A stretch of DNA of 64,000 nucleotides from Octopus bimaculoides (taxonomy: Eukaryota): assembly GCF_001194135.2 (NCBI RefSeq), contig NC_068982.1:37708046-37772045 (forward strand). Direction: 5' to 3'. This document shows, one piece after another, positions 1 through 13,470 of the stretch (its first letter is position 1; the number at the start of each line of letters is the position of its first letter). The notes beneath the pieces are model-generated. The model was given only the letters and a program-made list of their open reading frames with translations. It did not search any database and was not told the DNA's origin. The position numbers and the translations under genes are program-made.

Positions 1-92
1 CACAAGACATCCTGTCCAATAATCTGACAGTTCTGCCAATCCATCCATAGCTGTATATTGTTACAGTTTTATCAAAACTACATTGCTATAGT

Positions 93-150
93 TTTATCAA
101 CTCCTGAAAGGATGGAAGGTAAAGTTGATCTTGGCAGGATTTGAACTCAT
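93..150 (-). mobile_element. Fragment of tRNA-derived SINE family A
   Basis: Matches the middle of the full-length minus-strand copy at 38078-38314 (…gaaaggatg…aaagttgatc…gatttgaactca). Confidence 0.7.
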
Positions 151-350
151 AGTGTAGACAAAGTACTAAGCCCTTGACTGTAGAGCCCCAGCATAGCTGC
201 TCTCCCAAAAAGATTGAAGCCACTAACTGAATAAACCTTTTAGATTTAAATGTACTTATCTGAAATTATCTCTTTAAATACTTGAAGGGTAGCAGTACTT
301 GCAGAAATAGTAGAGCATCAGATACTTTTACAATATTTAATCTTATTTTA

Positions 351-542
351 AGGTGGTGAGCTGGCAGACTTGTTAGCACACCAGACAAAATACTTTGCAG
401 CATTTCGTCTGTTTTTATGTTCTCAGTTCAAATTCCACTGAGGTCAACTTTGTTTTTCATCCCTTCGTACCAGCTGAGCACTGGGGTCAATGTAATTGAC
501 TTAACTCAAAATTACTGATCCTGTGCAAAATTTGAAACCAAC
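351..542 (+). mobile_element. tRNA-derived SINE family A with 16-bp target-site duplication
   Basis: Head ggtggtgagctggcaga…gttcaaattcc (A/B-box-like). ATTTAATCTTATTTTA occurs at 335-350 and again at 543-558. Confidence 0.9.
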
Positions 543-865
543 ATTTAATCTTATTTTATTGTATTCTCTGTTTGAATTATCCTTCGGTCAATAATGTCTT
601 TTATTCTTTATTGTTCAAGTTTGATCAAATAACTACAAAGGCTGAGTCAGTTGACTATACCCGCTCTCCTACAAAATATGGTCTTAAGCCTTGTCAAAAT
701 AAGGTTACTAAAAATTGAGTAATTTTCAGTTTTGCACCTAATTTATTAGTTTAAATGTAGTTGGATAATAACTTTAGATATTTCATATTTCCATATTTGC
801 AACTACATGTATTTGTACATATGTGTATATGTACTTACATATGTTGGTTTTAGAATATATATCAG

Positions 866-1425
866 TAAGGTGCATGTTTGATTGTGTGGTGGGAAGTTTG
901 CTTTGCAACCATATAGTTTTGGGTTGAGTCTCACTGCATGGCACCTTGGACAAGTGTCTTCTACTGTAGCTCTGGGCTGGCTAAAGCCTTGGGCATGGAT
1001 TTGGTAAATGGAAACTAAAACGAAGCCCCTTGTGTGTGTGTGTGTGCTGTGCTCAAAACAAACCAATTTACAAACAGGAACTTCTTGGGCTCTCAGAACA
1101 TTTGCACAAAGTTTAGGAAGTGATTTTTCTTGGTCATGAATTGACTTTCACCATATGTGTGTGTGTGTGTGTGTCTGCGTTTGTTATTGTCTCCTTGCCT
1201 TGACTTTGTGTGATATTGTAAATGAGAATCACTGGTGTGTGAGTGGTGTTGTTCATTTCCAAGTTTCCATGAAAACATGTCTGGTCATGGGGAATATATT
1301 ACCTTACTTGGAAACAAGTGAAGGTTGATGACAGGAAGGGCATCTGTCCATAGAAAATCCACCGCAACAAATTCCATCTGACCCATGTAAGCATGGAAAA
1401 CTGACTGTTAAAATGATAATGATGG
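866..1425 (+). mobile_element. SINE family B (tRNA head + CORE-like motif + central TG microsatellite) ending in an RTE-like GAT tail
   Basis: Head contains ggcaccttggacaagtgtctt (resembles the MIR/CORE motif CCTTGGGCAAGT). 3' end ggaagggcatc…cccatgtaagcatggaaa…ttaaaatgataatgatg matches the RTE 3' UTR terminus. Confidence 0.75.
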
Positions 1426-2825
1426 ATATATGAATTAGCTGTTAAATAATCTATTTAAAACCATACAGTATTAAAAATAGATGTAAAACTTATGAGGATG
1501 AGGTTAACCAAACGACATAATCTCAAATCATTTATGTAGCCTCATGATAATTCTTTGATACATGTGATAATCACTTAACGATGTCTTTGACATTTCTTCA
1601 ACTTTCTCTTGTTTTCTTCCTTTTCAACAGTTATTTTTAGTGACATTTAAACAGCATTAATTTCACTTACATTTCATCTGACTTGTTATGGATCAGATTG
1701 AATTGTGTTCTATATTGACCCTTTTGAAATTAATTTTTTCAATTTTTTTTAAATTCAAAAGTGGCTTTTGATGTCATTGACATTATACTGAAGTTTTCTT
1801 TCAATATGAGTTTCTACTTTTATTCTTGTTATGAAAAGCCCATGAAAATTTGGAGTAAATAAATTACAAGAGTTGCTTTAGCAGTATGAATAAGGTGTTG
1901 GAGTATTTCAAATATTTTTCTAATTGAAGACATTTGACTTTTCTCTTAGTGAATCAGATTGTATTTAGTTTAAATAGGAAAATATAGGTACCCACACAGC
2001 ATACTTGAGTAGCTAGCATCAGATAGGCAACAAGCTTTAAAGCTTCATACATCTGGATTCAGAAGCAGAAACATTCAACTCACAATAGTAAGAAGAAAAA
2101 ATGTAGAATTAAAAACAAAATTAGTTACTCAGACATTTATTGAATCAGTTGTTGAATTTAAAATAGTTAAACTACTGTTTGTTGTATTCAATAATAAAAC
2201 TTAAAAACACAGATTTATGTGTAAAGCTTCATCAAATGAGCAAGTATACTTATTATATTCTTATGAATTCATACAAACGTCTACTTTTATTCATTTCTAA
2301 ACTATTCTTTAATTTCCAGCATTATCCACATCAATCTAACTGGTGTAAAACTGAACTGTTTAATATTCTAAATAACCTGTACCAGCTCTATTTCTTTACT
2401 CTCATCCCTATCCAAACCCACTTACTTCCCAAGCAATGTTTATTATAATCTCTGTTATCACTGTTTCATCTCTTGTACTTGGTTTGTTCTATATATCAGT
2501 TACTTTCAGAACTCATAAACTATCTTCACAATTGATTGATGACATGATATTCATTGGAGTTGACAAAAAAGAACAGTCTTCAACACATGGAAAATTTCTC
2601 CACTTAAGTTATGTAACAATATTTGTGACAAATTCATCTCCATTAATTCTGGTGAATCATTTTACTTAATATTTCTGAATTCAGCTCTCAGATCAGTGTT
2701 TAATCTAACACATTTATTACTTATTTTGTCATAAGTTGCATTAAATCCTTAAACATCTATATCTACAGTTACTAAATGGGGTGGGGGTAATCTATGTGGA
2801 TATTAGTACACAGTCTCAATGAAAT

Positions 2826-3215
2826 TCTATTATAATTCTTTTATCTTTTACTTATTTCAGTCATTAGACTGCAGCCTTGCTGGGGCACCATCTTGAAGAA
2901 CTTTTAGTCAAATGAATCCACCCCAGTACTTTTTTTTTTAAAGCATGGTACTTATTCTATTGATCTCTTTTACTGAACTGCTAACTTATGGGGATGTAAA
3001 CACCAAACACCAGTTATTAAGCAATGGTGGGGGACAAACACACACACACACACACACACAATAGGCTTCATTCAGTTTCCATCTATCAAATCCACTCACA
3101 AGGCTTCGGTCAGTCCGAGGGCATAGTAGAAGACACTTGCCAAAGGTGCTATGCAGTAGGACTGAACCCGAAACCATGTGGTTGGGAAGCAAGCTTCTTA
3201 CCACATAGCCATGCA
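2826..3215 (-). mobile_element. SINE family B, complete copy with the alternative 3' half
   Basis: Minus strand order: tRNA/CORE head (3215-3061), (CA)n, then a 3' part ending …cagtctaatgactgaaataagtaaaaga. The same 3' part occurs at 32987-33150. Confidence 0.85.
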
Positions 3216-5692
3216 TTAACTTTCTTTTACAAAATCATATAATATGTTTGTCTTGTCCCTCTAACATAATTAACCTTTATAATATCCCCAATTATTGCTA
3301 TTTACTCTCATCTTAAAGTGTCTGAGGCAACTTTTTACAATATATAAAATTGCTTTTTTTTTTGCAAAAATTACCTTGGCAGATTCTAAAGTGCTAAATC
3401 TGTTGTGACACCACAAAGTAAGCTTTTGATTTAGAGAACTCTGATGAATGATGAGACATTGTTAATTTGTCATAATTTCTTTAATCTAGCATGGCATTTA
3501 ATTTCCCAGTTAAACATTATGATTTTTAAGATGACTAAATTACTTGATATTAGCTTCTTCCTCACTGACTTCTTTGTAACTTATATTGCTGGAACCCTTT
3601 CATATTGCATCTGGTGAACCATCGGTTACTGATTCCTAATAGTTCATTCACTGGTTTGCTGTGTTTCTAAGGACATGGATTTTCTGTACTATTCAGTAGA
3701 ACAAATACCACACTCTGGATTTACTTGATCAAATCACTCTGTATTCATATTGAGTACTTCTTTTCTGGATTGCTACTTAAAAAAAGTACACACACGCACA
3801 TATACTTGCACTCAGATGTTCACTGGGACTTATTTTTAGCACATATGTGTATTTGCTCACTCAGTGGGATCTGTCTAGTACTGGGGTCTTGTACTTGTTG
3901 ATCTATAGTCAGTCTATTTCTGAGATTAAATTTTTTTACCTATCTATTTTTCGTTACATCCTTTACATTTAATGGCATATATTAAATTTCTTGATGAACA
4001 ACTAAAATGATTTTTTATGGTAAAAACTTGCCAATTTATATGTTTTATGTTTATATGTTTTGTCTTCAATGAGGTTGATGTAAGCCCCACAATTAGGGCA
4101 ATCACACGTTTTAACTGTTTGTGTGGGCTTTATGAAGGATAATTTAGTGCTTCAGGTTTTTTTTAACAAGTTTACCTTCTCCTAGATAGCTGTTCTAAAG
4201 AGAACTAGGGGTCCTTCACTCCCAGTAGGATACTAACAGGTGCTACTACTCAAGGTAAGAGTATTGGTATTGGTACTTATCACTCACCACTGTGACTATG
4301 TGACTTTTCAATTTCATGCACCTAAATTTTCATCCATGTGTGCCTTAACAACATCTGGTTGACCTCCATGCATTTCCAAAAAAGGAGACTTCTAGAGCAT
4401 CATATAATAGAGACTTGGAAAGAATTTCCTTCAGTAGCACCAATATTTAGCAGTTATATATCTTATTGAAGCAAACTAATGATACCTCATCTTCACTTCT
4501 CATGATCAACTGAAACAATTCTACTTGTTTCAAATTTTAGATTTAATAATCTTTGACATTCTTTCAAAGTAGCCTTGCACAGTGCAATCAAGACTACATG
4601 ATAAAGGTCAGGCTTCTTAAGAGCAAAACAGAATTCAGTCCTAAGCAGTTGCTAAGCTTTTACAAATTCCATATATACCCTATACCTGTCACGGACAAAC
4701 TGCATCCTGCAGGACTTTCTGAAAGGCAGAAAACATTTGAATGGCATCTGAATAACATCTGAATAATATCTGAATGGTAGAAAATAACAATGAAGAAAAT
4801 AACATTTTTTAGTAGTGTGGCCTGCCTGATGTCTCATGTGGCCCACTTCATGAAAAAGGTGGCCTATGCCTGCCCTATATTAATGCTAATAATTGGAGAT
4901 AATGAAGCCACTTCATGCACATACTTTCTTGTCAGCATCTATCTTTATTCACCAATACTACCAAATATAATTCTGATATGCTCTAGCTTCACTCTGTCTC
5001 TATTAATGCTATAATAGTAGCATTTGATCCTCTGAACTTGCTAATTTTATTCTACTTCCATCTACCATCTCTTTTACTGTATCCCACTTCCTAAGTCCTA
5101 AATTACAAAATTTATGAAGTGCTCCTTTTGTAGGACAGCTGTTAATGTTCAACAGTTAATAGTAAATATTAACTTCATTCAAATCTAGTAGGAATGTTAC
5201 TGTCCTTTCACTACAGAGTAACAAAATAATATTAGCTTTGGCATAAGGTCAAAGATTTCGATTTGCAGGTCTATGTGGAGTTAAGTACTTGACAAATAAC
5301 ATTTATTTTATTGATTCTGAGAGAATGAAATACATGTTAACTTCAGTTGGATTTCAAATCAAAATGCAAAGGGAAATAACTAAATACTACACAGTTTAAC
5401 TCTGATGTTCTATCAGATTGTGTTTGTAAGTCTTTTACGAGTTGTTTCCCTTGTTCCTAATTCATCTAGCGCAAACGGGAATAAACCGGATTTTTTAGCT
5501 TTTCAGTTTAGAATTTAAATCTGCCTCACAGTTTAGAATTCAAATCTGAAATCTGATTTGTAATTCGTATCAGTAAAATAATACTTATAAAACATATGGA
5601 GATTAATTCACTCCATATATTCTCGTATAAAACAAGCCTTATATGTTACAAAACAAAACCAAAATTGTCGTGTATCGGTGCTATCAGTGTAA

Positions 5693-5693
<1 letters not shown>

Positions 5694-5753
<60 letters not shown>
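5694..5753. repeat. (CA)n microsatellite
   Basis: Pure dinucleotide run, one of dozens in the window. Confidence 0.97.
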
Positions 5754-5755
<2 letters not shown>

Positions 5756-6315
5756 TATTACTATTATTTCTCGAAAAGGTGGGAAGGTGAATGTGACAGT
5801 AAAACGTCACAAGATACTTCATTGTTACAATTATAGAACTGTAACAGTTCTTATATGCCACTGCTTTAAGTTGAACTCCTGTTGGATCAGTAGCATTTTC
5901 TTTTTCCTATTTGTCTAGGGTTGATAAAATAGTATCGTTGAAATAATAGACTTAATTTTTTAAACTATGCTACGCCATTTTCTAAACTAGCTCCTCACCT
6001 AATCAAAAATTGATTTCCACCTCCTCACCCTTTCAAAAAGCCAAAACAAAGCAAAAAGAACAACAATTCATTTACTTTCATTCAACACCTGTTTTCCATT
6101 CTAGCTTGAACTAGATTGGCTTGTTAGCTACACCTGTCATCTTACTGATAAAAGTACGGCTATATTTTGAGAATGGGAGCTTGTACAACTATAGCTAAAA
6201 AAAAACAAAAAATTTGAATGTAAAATAAGAGTCAGAGATAGAATGATATGAATATCAAAACCTCACTATCATTAGTCAACATGAAAACAAATGTCTTATA
6301 AGAACCTAATATATT

Positions 6316-6443
6316 AACCCTTTTGATACCAAACGGTCCAAGACCATTCATGGTTCTATGTTGCAAATTTCATATTTAAAATGATCTGTATTAAAAACTT
6401 CCATCAAAATTTTAAGTTTTTTTATGTTCCAAACACCAGCTTG
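6316..6443 (+). mobile_element. Left part of a TTAA-CCC-terminated MITE (piggyBac-like ends)
   Basis: Starts ttaacccttttgatacc and shares internal sequence (ccatcaaaattt…ttatgt-ccaaa-c---agctt) with 40830-41048, which ends atggtaacgaggttaa. Confidence 0.55.
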
Positions 6444-6879
6444 TTTGGCACCTTTGGAACTTTGTTATATATATGTGTGTATGCTTGTGTGCATGTGTGT
6501 GTCTGTGTGCATGTGTGTGTCTGTGTGCATGTGTGTGTGTGTGTGTGTGTGCGTGTGTGTAGATGCATGATTGTGTATGGTTCATAAGCCAAGAAGGAAG
6601 CAGTCATTACATTAAAAGATGTATAATATTATGTTACCGAATATAAACTTAATAGATCATCTAACTGTCTGCAGTCATTGGATATGTCTGTTTAGATTTG
6701 GAGCAGTTTTCATGCACACATTTGGCTAAGCGAAGAGTCCACTCAATATTTCATTGTCTCATAGAGGAAATGATAGCACTACAATGGTTAGTGATATGCA
6801 GTGCTAGAAAAGACCCATCCAGTTGTGCAGGCATAGCAGAATGAATGTTAAAATGGAGTGAGTGGTGTAGGCTGAGAGC

Positions 6880-7700
6880 TATAATATACCTACATTTTGG
6901 ACCTTGTGCTCAATGTATCCCTGTTAAGTCATCTTTGTAATACCCTCTCATCTTTCTACCACATACTCCATTCACTCTACAATGCTGTGGATTTCTCCTA
7001 TTCACTGTAGCATTTATGCCATGTCTTCCTAGTTCTTCTTCCACATGTTCTTTTTATTCTGAGTGCCCCGCTCTTCTTAATACAGCTGTTATCCTTCATA
7101 CAAACCACCTACCAACACCAATACAGTCTTCTTGTTTGTACACTGTATTTGATTCCTCTTATATTCATTATTTTCTTTCTAAGGCTCATTTGTGCTTTGT
7201 TGTTCATGTATCCTAACATTACTTACCCAGTATAGCATATTTTCTTTATTTCTTTCTAGTCTTTACAAATCCTGTGCATTCAAACCCCTTTGTCTTGCGG
7301 TAATGTAACATTGCAGTTTGTAGACAAACATCATGTAATCTGCCCATTTTCCCTCTCAAAAATAACTCATTCTTACTTTGGTTGCTATGCTTTCAGAACA
7401 CCTACAGTTTTGGTCACCCATGTAACAAAAGTTGTTTATGGCTATATACTTTTCTGGTTGTTGACCTTTGCTTGTTTTCCAAATTAAGTATTTTTTATTC
7501 ACATATTGAAACCTCTGAACTATGGGACATTGTTTGCAGAAGATTCCTTTGCCAGCCAATATAATAAATCCATGGTCTATTTTTACTCCATTTGTTTTTG
7601 TCAAACTACTATACTTTTGGAACATCTGCCTCCACACTAATTAAGTCACTTCAGTAACAGAAGCTATCAACTACATCTAGGGAGTCTTCTAAGCATTTGA
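6880..7700 (-). mobile_element. Decayed RTE-clade LINE fragment (RT thumb region)
   Basis: ORF 7356-7637 contains GKGIFCKQC (PHD remnant) and NNFCYMGDQ…SESIATKVRM, homologous to DSFRYLGDQ…AESVAARIRI in the 48752 copy. Confidence 0.6.
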
Positions 7701-8189
7701 AGGTATTCATTTCATAGGTGTTCTTACTCTTAACCATTCATGTGCATTAGCTACAAAGTAATTTTTTCCTTTCTCAACCTACTTGTAATTCCTCTGAAAC
7801 TCTTGTGCATCCACAGCTTAACCTTATTAGAAAGGAAACCTTATTTAGTTAGTATATAAAGTTATTAGAAAGGAAATTACTGTATGTTAAGAATTTAACA
7901 CAGACTATGTTCTAAAGAAATTACTAACTAAAATATTTAAATGTGGTTGGTGCCACCTGAACACCATCTTGAGGTGTCTCCTGGACACCTTATCACCAGC
8001 ATTTATCTCTTTAGAAATACTACTGATCTATTCCCACTCTCTCCTCTAAATGTGAGTAGCTGTTTAGCCTCCTCTACAAGAACCTGCCCTTCTCCAACCC
8101 CTTCACTCATAACTTAACCCCCTCCCCATCTAACATAAGGATGCACCCTCCTCCTCCTCTTAGGTTTTTTTAGGCTTGCAAGCTGCATG

Positions 8190-8392
8190 GTGACCTCATT
8201 AATTCTGGTGGCATGATAAAAGCACCTAGTACATGTTGTAAAGGGGTTGGCATTTGGAAAGGTGTCCAGCCATGAAAACCATGCCAAAACTGACATTGGA
8301 GCTCAATACGGTCCTTGGATCTATCAAATCCTGTCAAACCATCAAACCCTTGCCTGCGTAGAACATGGACATTAAATGATATTAATGATGAT
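8190..8392 (+). mobile_element. RTE 3' UTR-only copy (GAT tail), decayed
   Basis: ggcatgataaaagcacc…tccagccatgaaaaccatgccaaa…ggacattaaatgat matches the family terminus. Confidence 0.7.
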
Positions 8393-9445
8393 TCATTTAT
8401 GACAGATGTTTTCTATAAGTTGTGTATTTATTTGGTTTTGAAAAACATGTATTTTTAACAGGAATTTGTTTCAGATTTTAAAGGGAAACTGATGTTTCAG
8501 TTTTGTGGTGAATTTATTAATCTGTAGTTAATCATTTGTTACAATTTTGAAAATTTAAGACATATCTTATTTCAGTTGCTACTATTATAGTCATTAATAT
8601 TTTCTTGTTTATAAACATAGGTTATTTTAAATATAGGTTATTTTTATTTTCAAGCCCATTAAATAATATAAGAAATCATTATTTTAATGTTAAATGAATA
8701 TGATAGTATCTATTCAAATTCAAATATTCTTATCTTATTTACAACAGAACACACTGTTACTCTATACTACTCATTAATAATTTGATTTTTTGAATTTTAT
8801 TTAGCCTGATATGAATTTCAATATATTGTTTTTTCTTGTTTTTGAAAGAAATTTGAAACTGGCATGCTTATTTTCATACTTATTATAATTGCTATCAGGT
8901 TTGTTAATCTTTATTTTTACAGTTCGAAAATACCAATATTTTAAATAAAATCAAATCTTTCTAATTCATTTCTTTTTATTTCAAGACTTTGGGTTGTTCA
9001 ACTAATTTCTAGAATATATTAGTATTAATTAACACAAGACTGAGTATCTATAACTTCTTATTTCAAGATGTTTAACATAGAATTGGTGGAGTTGGTATCA
9101 AATCAAGTAGGGTTACATTTGATGTCCACCCTTCATTATATAATCAAGAAATATTTGACCTAATATTATGCAAATTGGTTGATGAAATGAAAACAAAAGG
9201 AAATATGTATACATATGTGGCTAGTATTTGAAATAAAATAGCCATATATGAAAATGATTGTATTGTTATGCACCTGTATCTGAACAGTTTCTGTGTTATT
9301 TTGCTTGGTAATTGTTGGTAAAAACATTTATATTGCATAGTTTCAGTGAGATATACAGCATACACTCAAACAGTCAATCAACCAAACAAACTGGGTAAAA
9401 ACGGATACCAAAATTTTGAAGTTGGCTGTAGGAATACTGGTAGTG

Positions 9446-9494
<49 letters not shown>

Positions 9495-11029
9495 CACACA
9501 AACATGCACGCGCATACATGCACACATACACATGCACACATACACATGCACACACACATACATACTCACTCACACACAAATAAGTCTTAAAATGATAGCA
9601 TTAAAAAAATCCCAACACAACGCAAAGATTTTGCATTTGTATGTTTTTCACTATAACTGCAGGAATCTTGGACAGAATAAGATTGACAGTTTATGATTCA
9701 AGAAGACAGTCTAAGCTTAGTTATACTTAGAAAATATTTCAATATTAGAGATATCATGTGTTATATTAAAGTGAAAAGATTGCAGCTGCAGAGAGAATAA
9801 CTCAAGAACTGAGCTCTATAAATATGTGATTGACAGCAACTAAAGTAGGATTATGCCAGATGAAAATAGCTGCTTGTAATTTCAGAGAATCAGTTAAACT
9901 GTAAAAAAAAAAAAAGTTAAGAAAAAAGGCTGTATATTTATTTCATCCATAACATTAAGGAAAGCCAGAAACTTAATTTATAGTTGAAAATATTTTTGAT
10001 TCCTGATCAATTTACTAGAGTAACATATATCCTTATGTAACTTTTAGTCTTTCCAGATGTATATATTTAGTTTTGAAGTTTTAATTTTCATTTTAACATT
10101 GAGTGAGTTGTTAATTACAGAACAGGACTCCTCTCTTTGCTTTTTCTATGGGTATTATATTTGCCTTTGCTCCTTGGAGCTGGCTGAGAACTCCATTCAG
10201 GCATTCCTAACCTACTTGTCTTTCTCCTCTCATCCTTCTTGTTGTGCCCAACTTCACAAGCTTTGCACTAATCACTATGCTCAGTTTTTCCTTCCCAGAA
10301 CTTCAGCTCTTTTGGATTCCTTTCCTGCTCATCTTTCCTCAAAGATGTTGACTTGCTAAAGTTCAAAGGTTCAAGGGGAATATTAATGACATCAGTCTCA
10401 ATGGTTCAGAAGCCTGCAAATGCCATTGTAGTGACCCTTTCTGCAAACTTATCACCAGCAAGTAAAATTTTAAGAGAAATATTTACTTTTGATTTCTTCA
10501 ATAATAGACCATGTATTGTTTTCAGAATTTCTTTGTGAATATTCATAAATCTTAAGAACTTGAAAGCTAGAGGTATAGATTGATATTCCTTTTACATATA
10601 CTACTAGATGTTAAAACCAAAACAGTCAGTGCTTTATAGAATTCATTCTTCCTCCTTCATACAATAAATTCTTCTACATACATCAATCCACTACACAGTA
10701 ACAGTCACATATTGTTGCTTTTTGGTGATCTATTATAGATATTTATGGGTTTAAGGACTGATTTATTGGTACAGTTCCTATTTGTTCATTGAATTGAATT
10801 ATTGTCTGATACTTTTATTTTTCTTCTGTAAAATATTAATTCAAAGAATGGCAACAACCCTGACTTTTTTAAGCCATCTCCTATTGGTGAGAGCAAGAAT
10901 TGTGGTTGATGCTTGTATGAGAAATATGGGCAAAGAGAAATTAATTCCAGAAAGTTACAATTCTAGGGAGGATTTATTAAAAAAAAGTATGAGCTACAAT
11001 AGGAATAAAGAAAGAAAAAGAAATTAGAA

Positions 11030-12750
11030 CGCCATTTGGGCTTCAGTGAATGATATATATAGCTTACTAGTTCAGAGGAGTAGAGGCTGTTGTAGTAGAA
11101 GAGGTAGAGAAAAGAAACAATACATCTCTGGGCTAGCGGTTGTAGTGAGTTGGTGAATAAGTGTTTGCTGAATGGCCTTTTTCTTTTGTAATATAAGGTG
11201 CAATACTATTCTGTATATGTGAATAGTACTTCAATGTGAATTGTATATGAGTGATGTAGAGAGGAGCAACTTAGAAAAGCTGATATATTTTCTAGGCCTG
11301 ATGAAGAAACCTAGTGAAGCCAACATGAGGATTCATTGGTGACTGTGATGCTTTTAGGGTTTTAGTTATGTATTGTTCATACTTAACAACTATGCAGTGC
11401 TTTTTCTCAGTATGTTTTCTGATTGTGTCTTGGTACTGTTTTGAGAACTAGATTGTCAAGAATCAATTGGAGAATGTTTTCAAGTCTCTGTTCATGATCC
11501 TGTGCAAGTCTTCAGTGAGATATCTAGATTGCATATAAATAATGCTTGTGTGCAGAATGTCAAGGATGAGTGAGAGATGGTATTAGTTGTTTGGGAATGT
11601 GTGTGTGAGACTAGAGGTATCACTGAGTAAGTTTGTTATATAGAGAAGAGGTTATGTGGGAGATGTAGCTAAATCATGTGATATGCTAGAATTGAAAGAT
11701 TTCTCTCTGAGTCAACATTCTTTCAATGCAGGCCATGATGGAACAGTGTGACAGGAAGCTTTGAATTCAAAAGACGAGAGATGGAACTTATTTGGGAGGT
11801 GCTCTAGTCTGATGTAGTCAAAGGCTTTGCTGATGTCAAGAGCAACAATATCCCTTTTACTGGAGTTCTGAGAAGTGATAGAGGAGAGTAAGACATTTCC
11901 TCTTGAGAAATGATACTAGTAGTCATTATTGAAAATAAAAAAAACAGCCAAACTGATAAGGATAGTGGTTACGTTTTGTGTGGAACATAGTATTGTGTTT
12001 CTATAGATTGGTTGAGAGGGCTTGATGAAAATAGAAACTAGCTCTGTCAAACAGTACCTTCAGACAGTGCATCGTAGCAGTGGGTAAACTTGCTTTGGTT
12101 GATGATGGTTGATATTTTCTCTTGGTATTATGTTAAGTTTTCTTTGAACAGTTGTATGTTAGCTACTTGATGATTTCAGGGTTGTAGGTTTAGATACCTA
12201 GAATGTTGGTTATCAGTCACCTGCCTAACTCTGTATTGAATGGTCCAGAGGTGAAGCAATTTTTCTCTGAAAAATAGTTAGCATAGAAATGGTTGAACTT
12301 TGGTCATACAGCTGAATTAAAGAACCAGAAGGCTTAGCAAGTAGGGTTCATCATATGGTAGGGTGAAAAAAAAAAAGGAATGTCATCACTGATTAAGGGC
12401 TAAGTTTAGAAGTAAGAAAAAAGTCAAGTTCTTTTTGAGAATTGGTCTATGGTTCAGAGATGAAAATAGGTGCAGTAGTGGTAGCACTGAAGAGGATAAC
12501 TTCAAAGAAAGGTGTGCTGGAATAGGTGTCTTCAATATAGTATTAAAAATAGTTAAACAACAGTTGATGGTTGAAGTTCGAAGAACAGTTGGGACAGTGA
12601 ATGCATTGAGAGGAATGAGAAGAGAAACTTTGAGCCAGGCTAGCTGGAAGTTTTTGTTTCTAATGTCCAGGTGAGAAAGATGATTGGCAGTGAGAATAGG
12701 TTCTATGTAAGTACACACACTGCTTTTTAGAGCAAAGTTGGAATATAGTG
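11030..12750 (-). mobile_element. Decayed CR1/L2-group LINE
   Basis: The minus strand near 11810-11860 reads DIVALDISKAFDYI (RT motif), with an NYRPISL-like remnant near 11950-11975. Many stops and frameshifts. Confidence 0.7.
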
Positions 12751-13309
12751 TTTAGTCTGGACTGCTGTGATTGGGAAGAGATAAAGGGTGAGATTTTTGT
12801 GTCTAATAGAGGAATAAAGAAAAATATGTCCTAAAGAAAATATGACCTAATATTAGTTTGCTATTCTTTGATTTGAGCTGCAACTTGTGTACATGGCTCA
12901 CACCTGTAGGCATTTGGTCTTTTATTTTGGTATATTCCTATTGACTTTTACAAATCTTTCTCATCCCTTTCCTGTCAATATTAATCTCCATGTCAGTAGT
13001 ATTTTACATAACAAAGTTGCTTGCTTTGTTGAACACTTTGCTAAAAAATGTCCTCTTTTATTCTCCATAAATCTGATATTTTACTTCCACATCCAAACCC
13101 CATGATCCATTTAGCTTATTATTCTTTCTTTAAGCACTGAGATCCATGAATCGAAACAGCATCCTAGTCATCATGTCTGCATACTAATTTCTGTCCTATC
13201 CTCTTCATTAGTTTTCTGAAACTCAAAGACATGTGATCTGTCCCTATGAAACTATAATTATTAATTCTTTCTAAATGTCACCATTTTTATCTGTCATACC
13301 AATGCAAAT

Positions 13310-13470
13310 ACCATAAATCTTTTTACAGCATCAGAGCTGAAGGCTATTAGTAACTTCTCTTATGTCTCATACTTGATCCAATGCCAAGAATGACATTGGG
13401 CGAAAAGTCATTTTTAATATTAGTAAGACCTTTGACAAAGCTTGGCATAAGAACCATTTAGGTAAAGTAT
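13310..13470 (+). mobile_element. Short CR1/L2-type RT fragment
   Basis: Translates FNISKTFDKAWHKNHL, matching the LDISKAFDKVWH motif. Confidence 0.6.

Noticed and set aside
351-440. tRNA-like A/B boxes here and in other SINE heads
   Set aside because: No cloverleaf or acceptor stem; each continues into a SINE body and tail.
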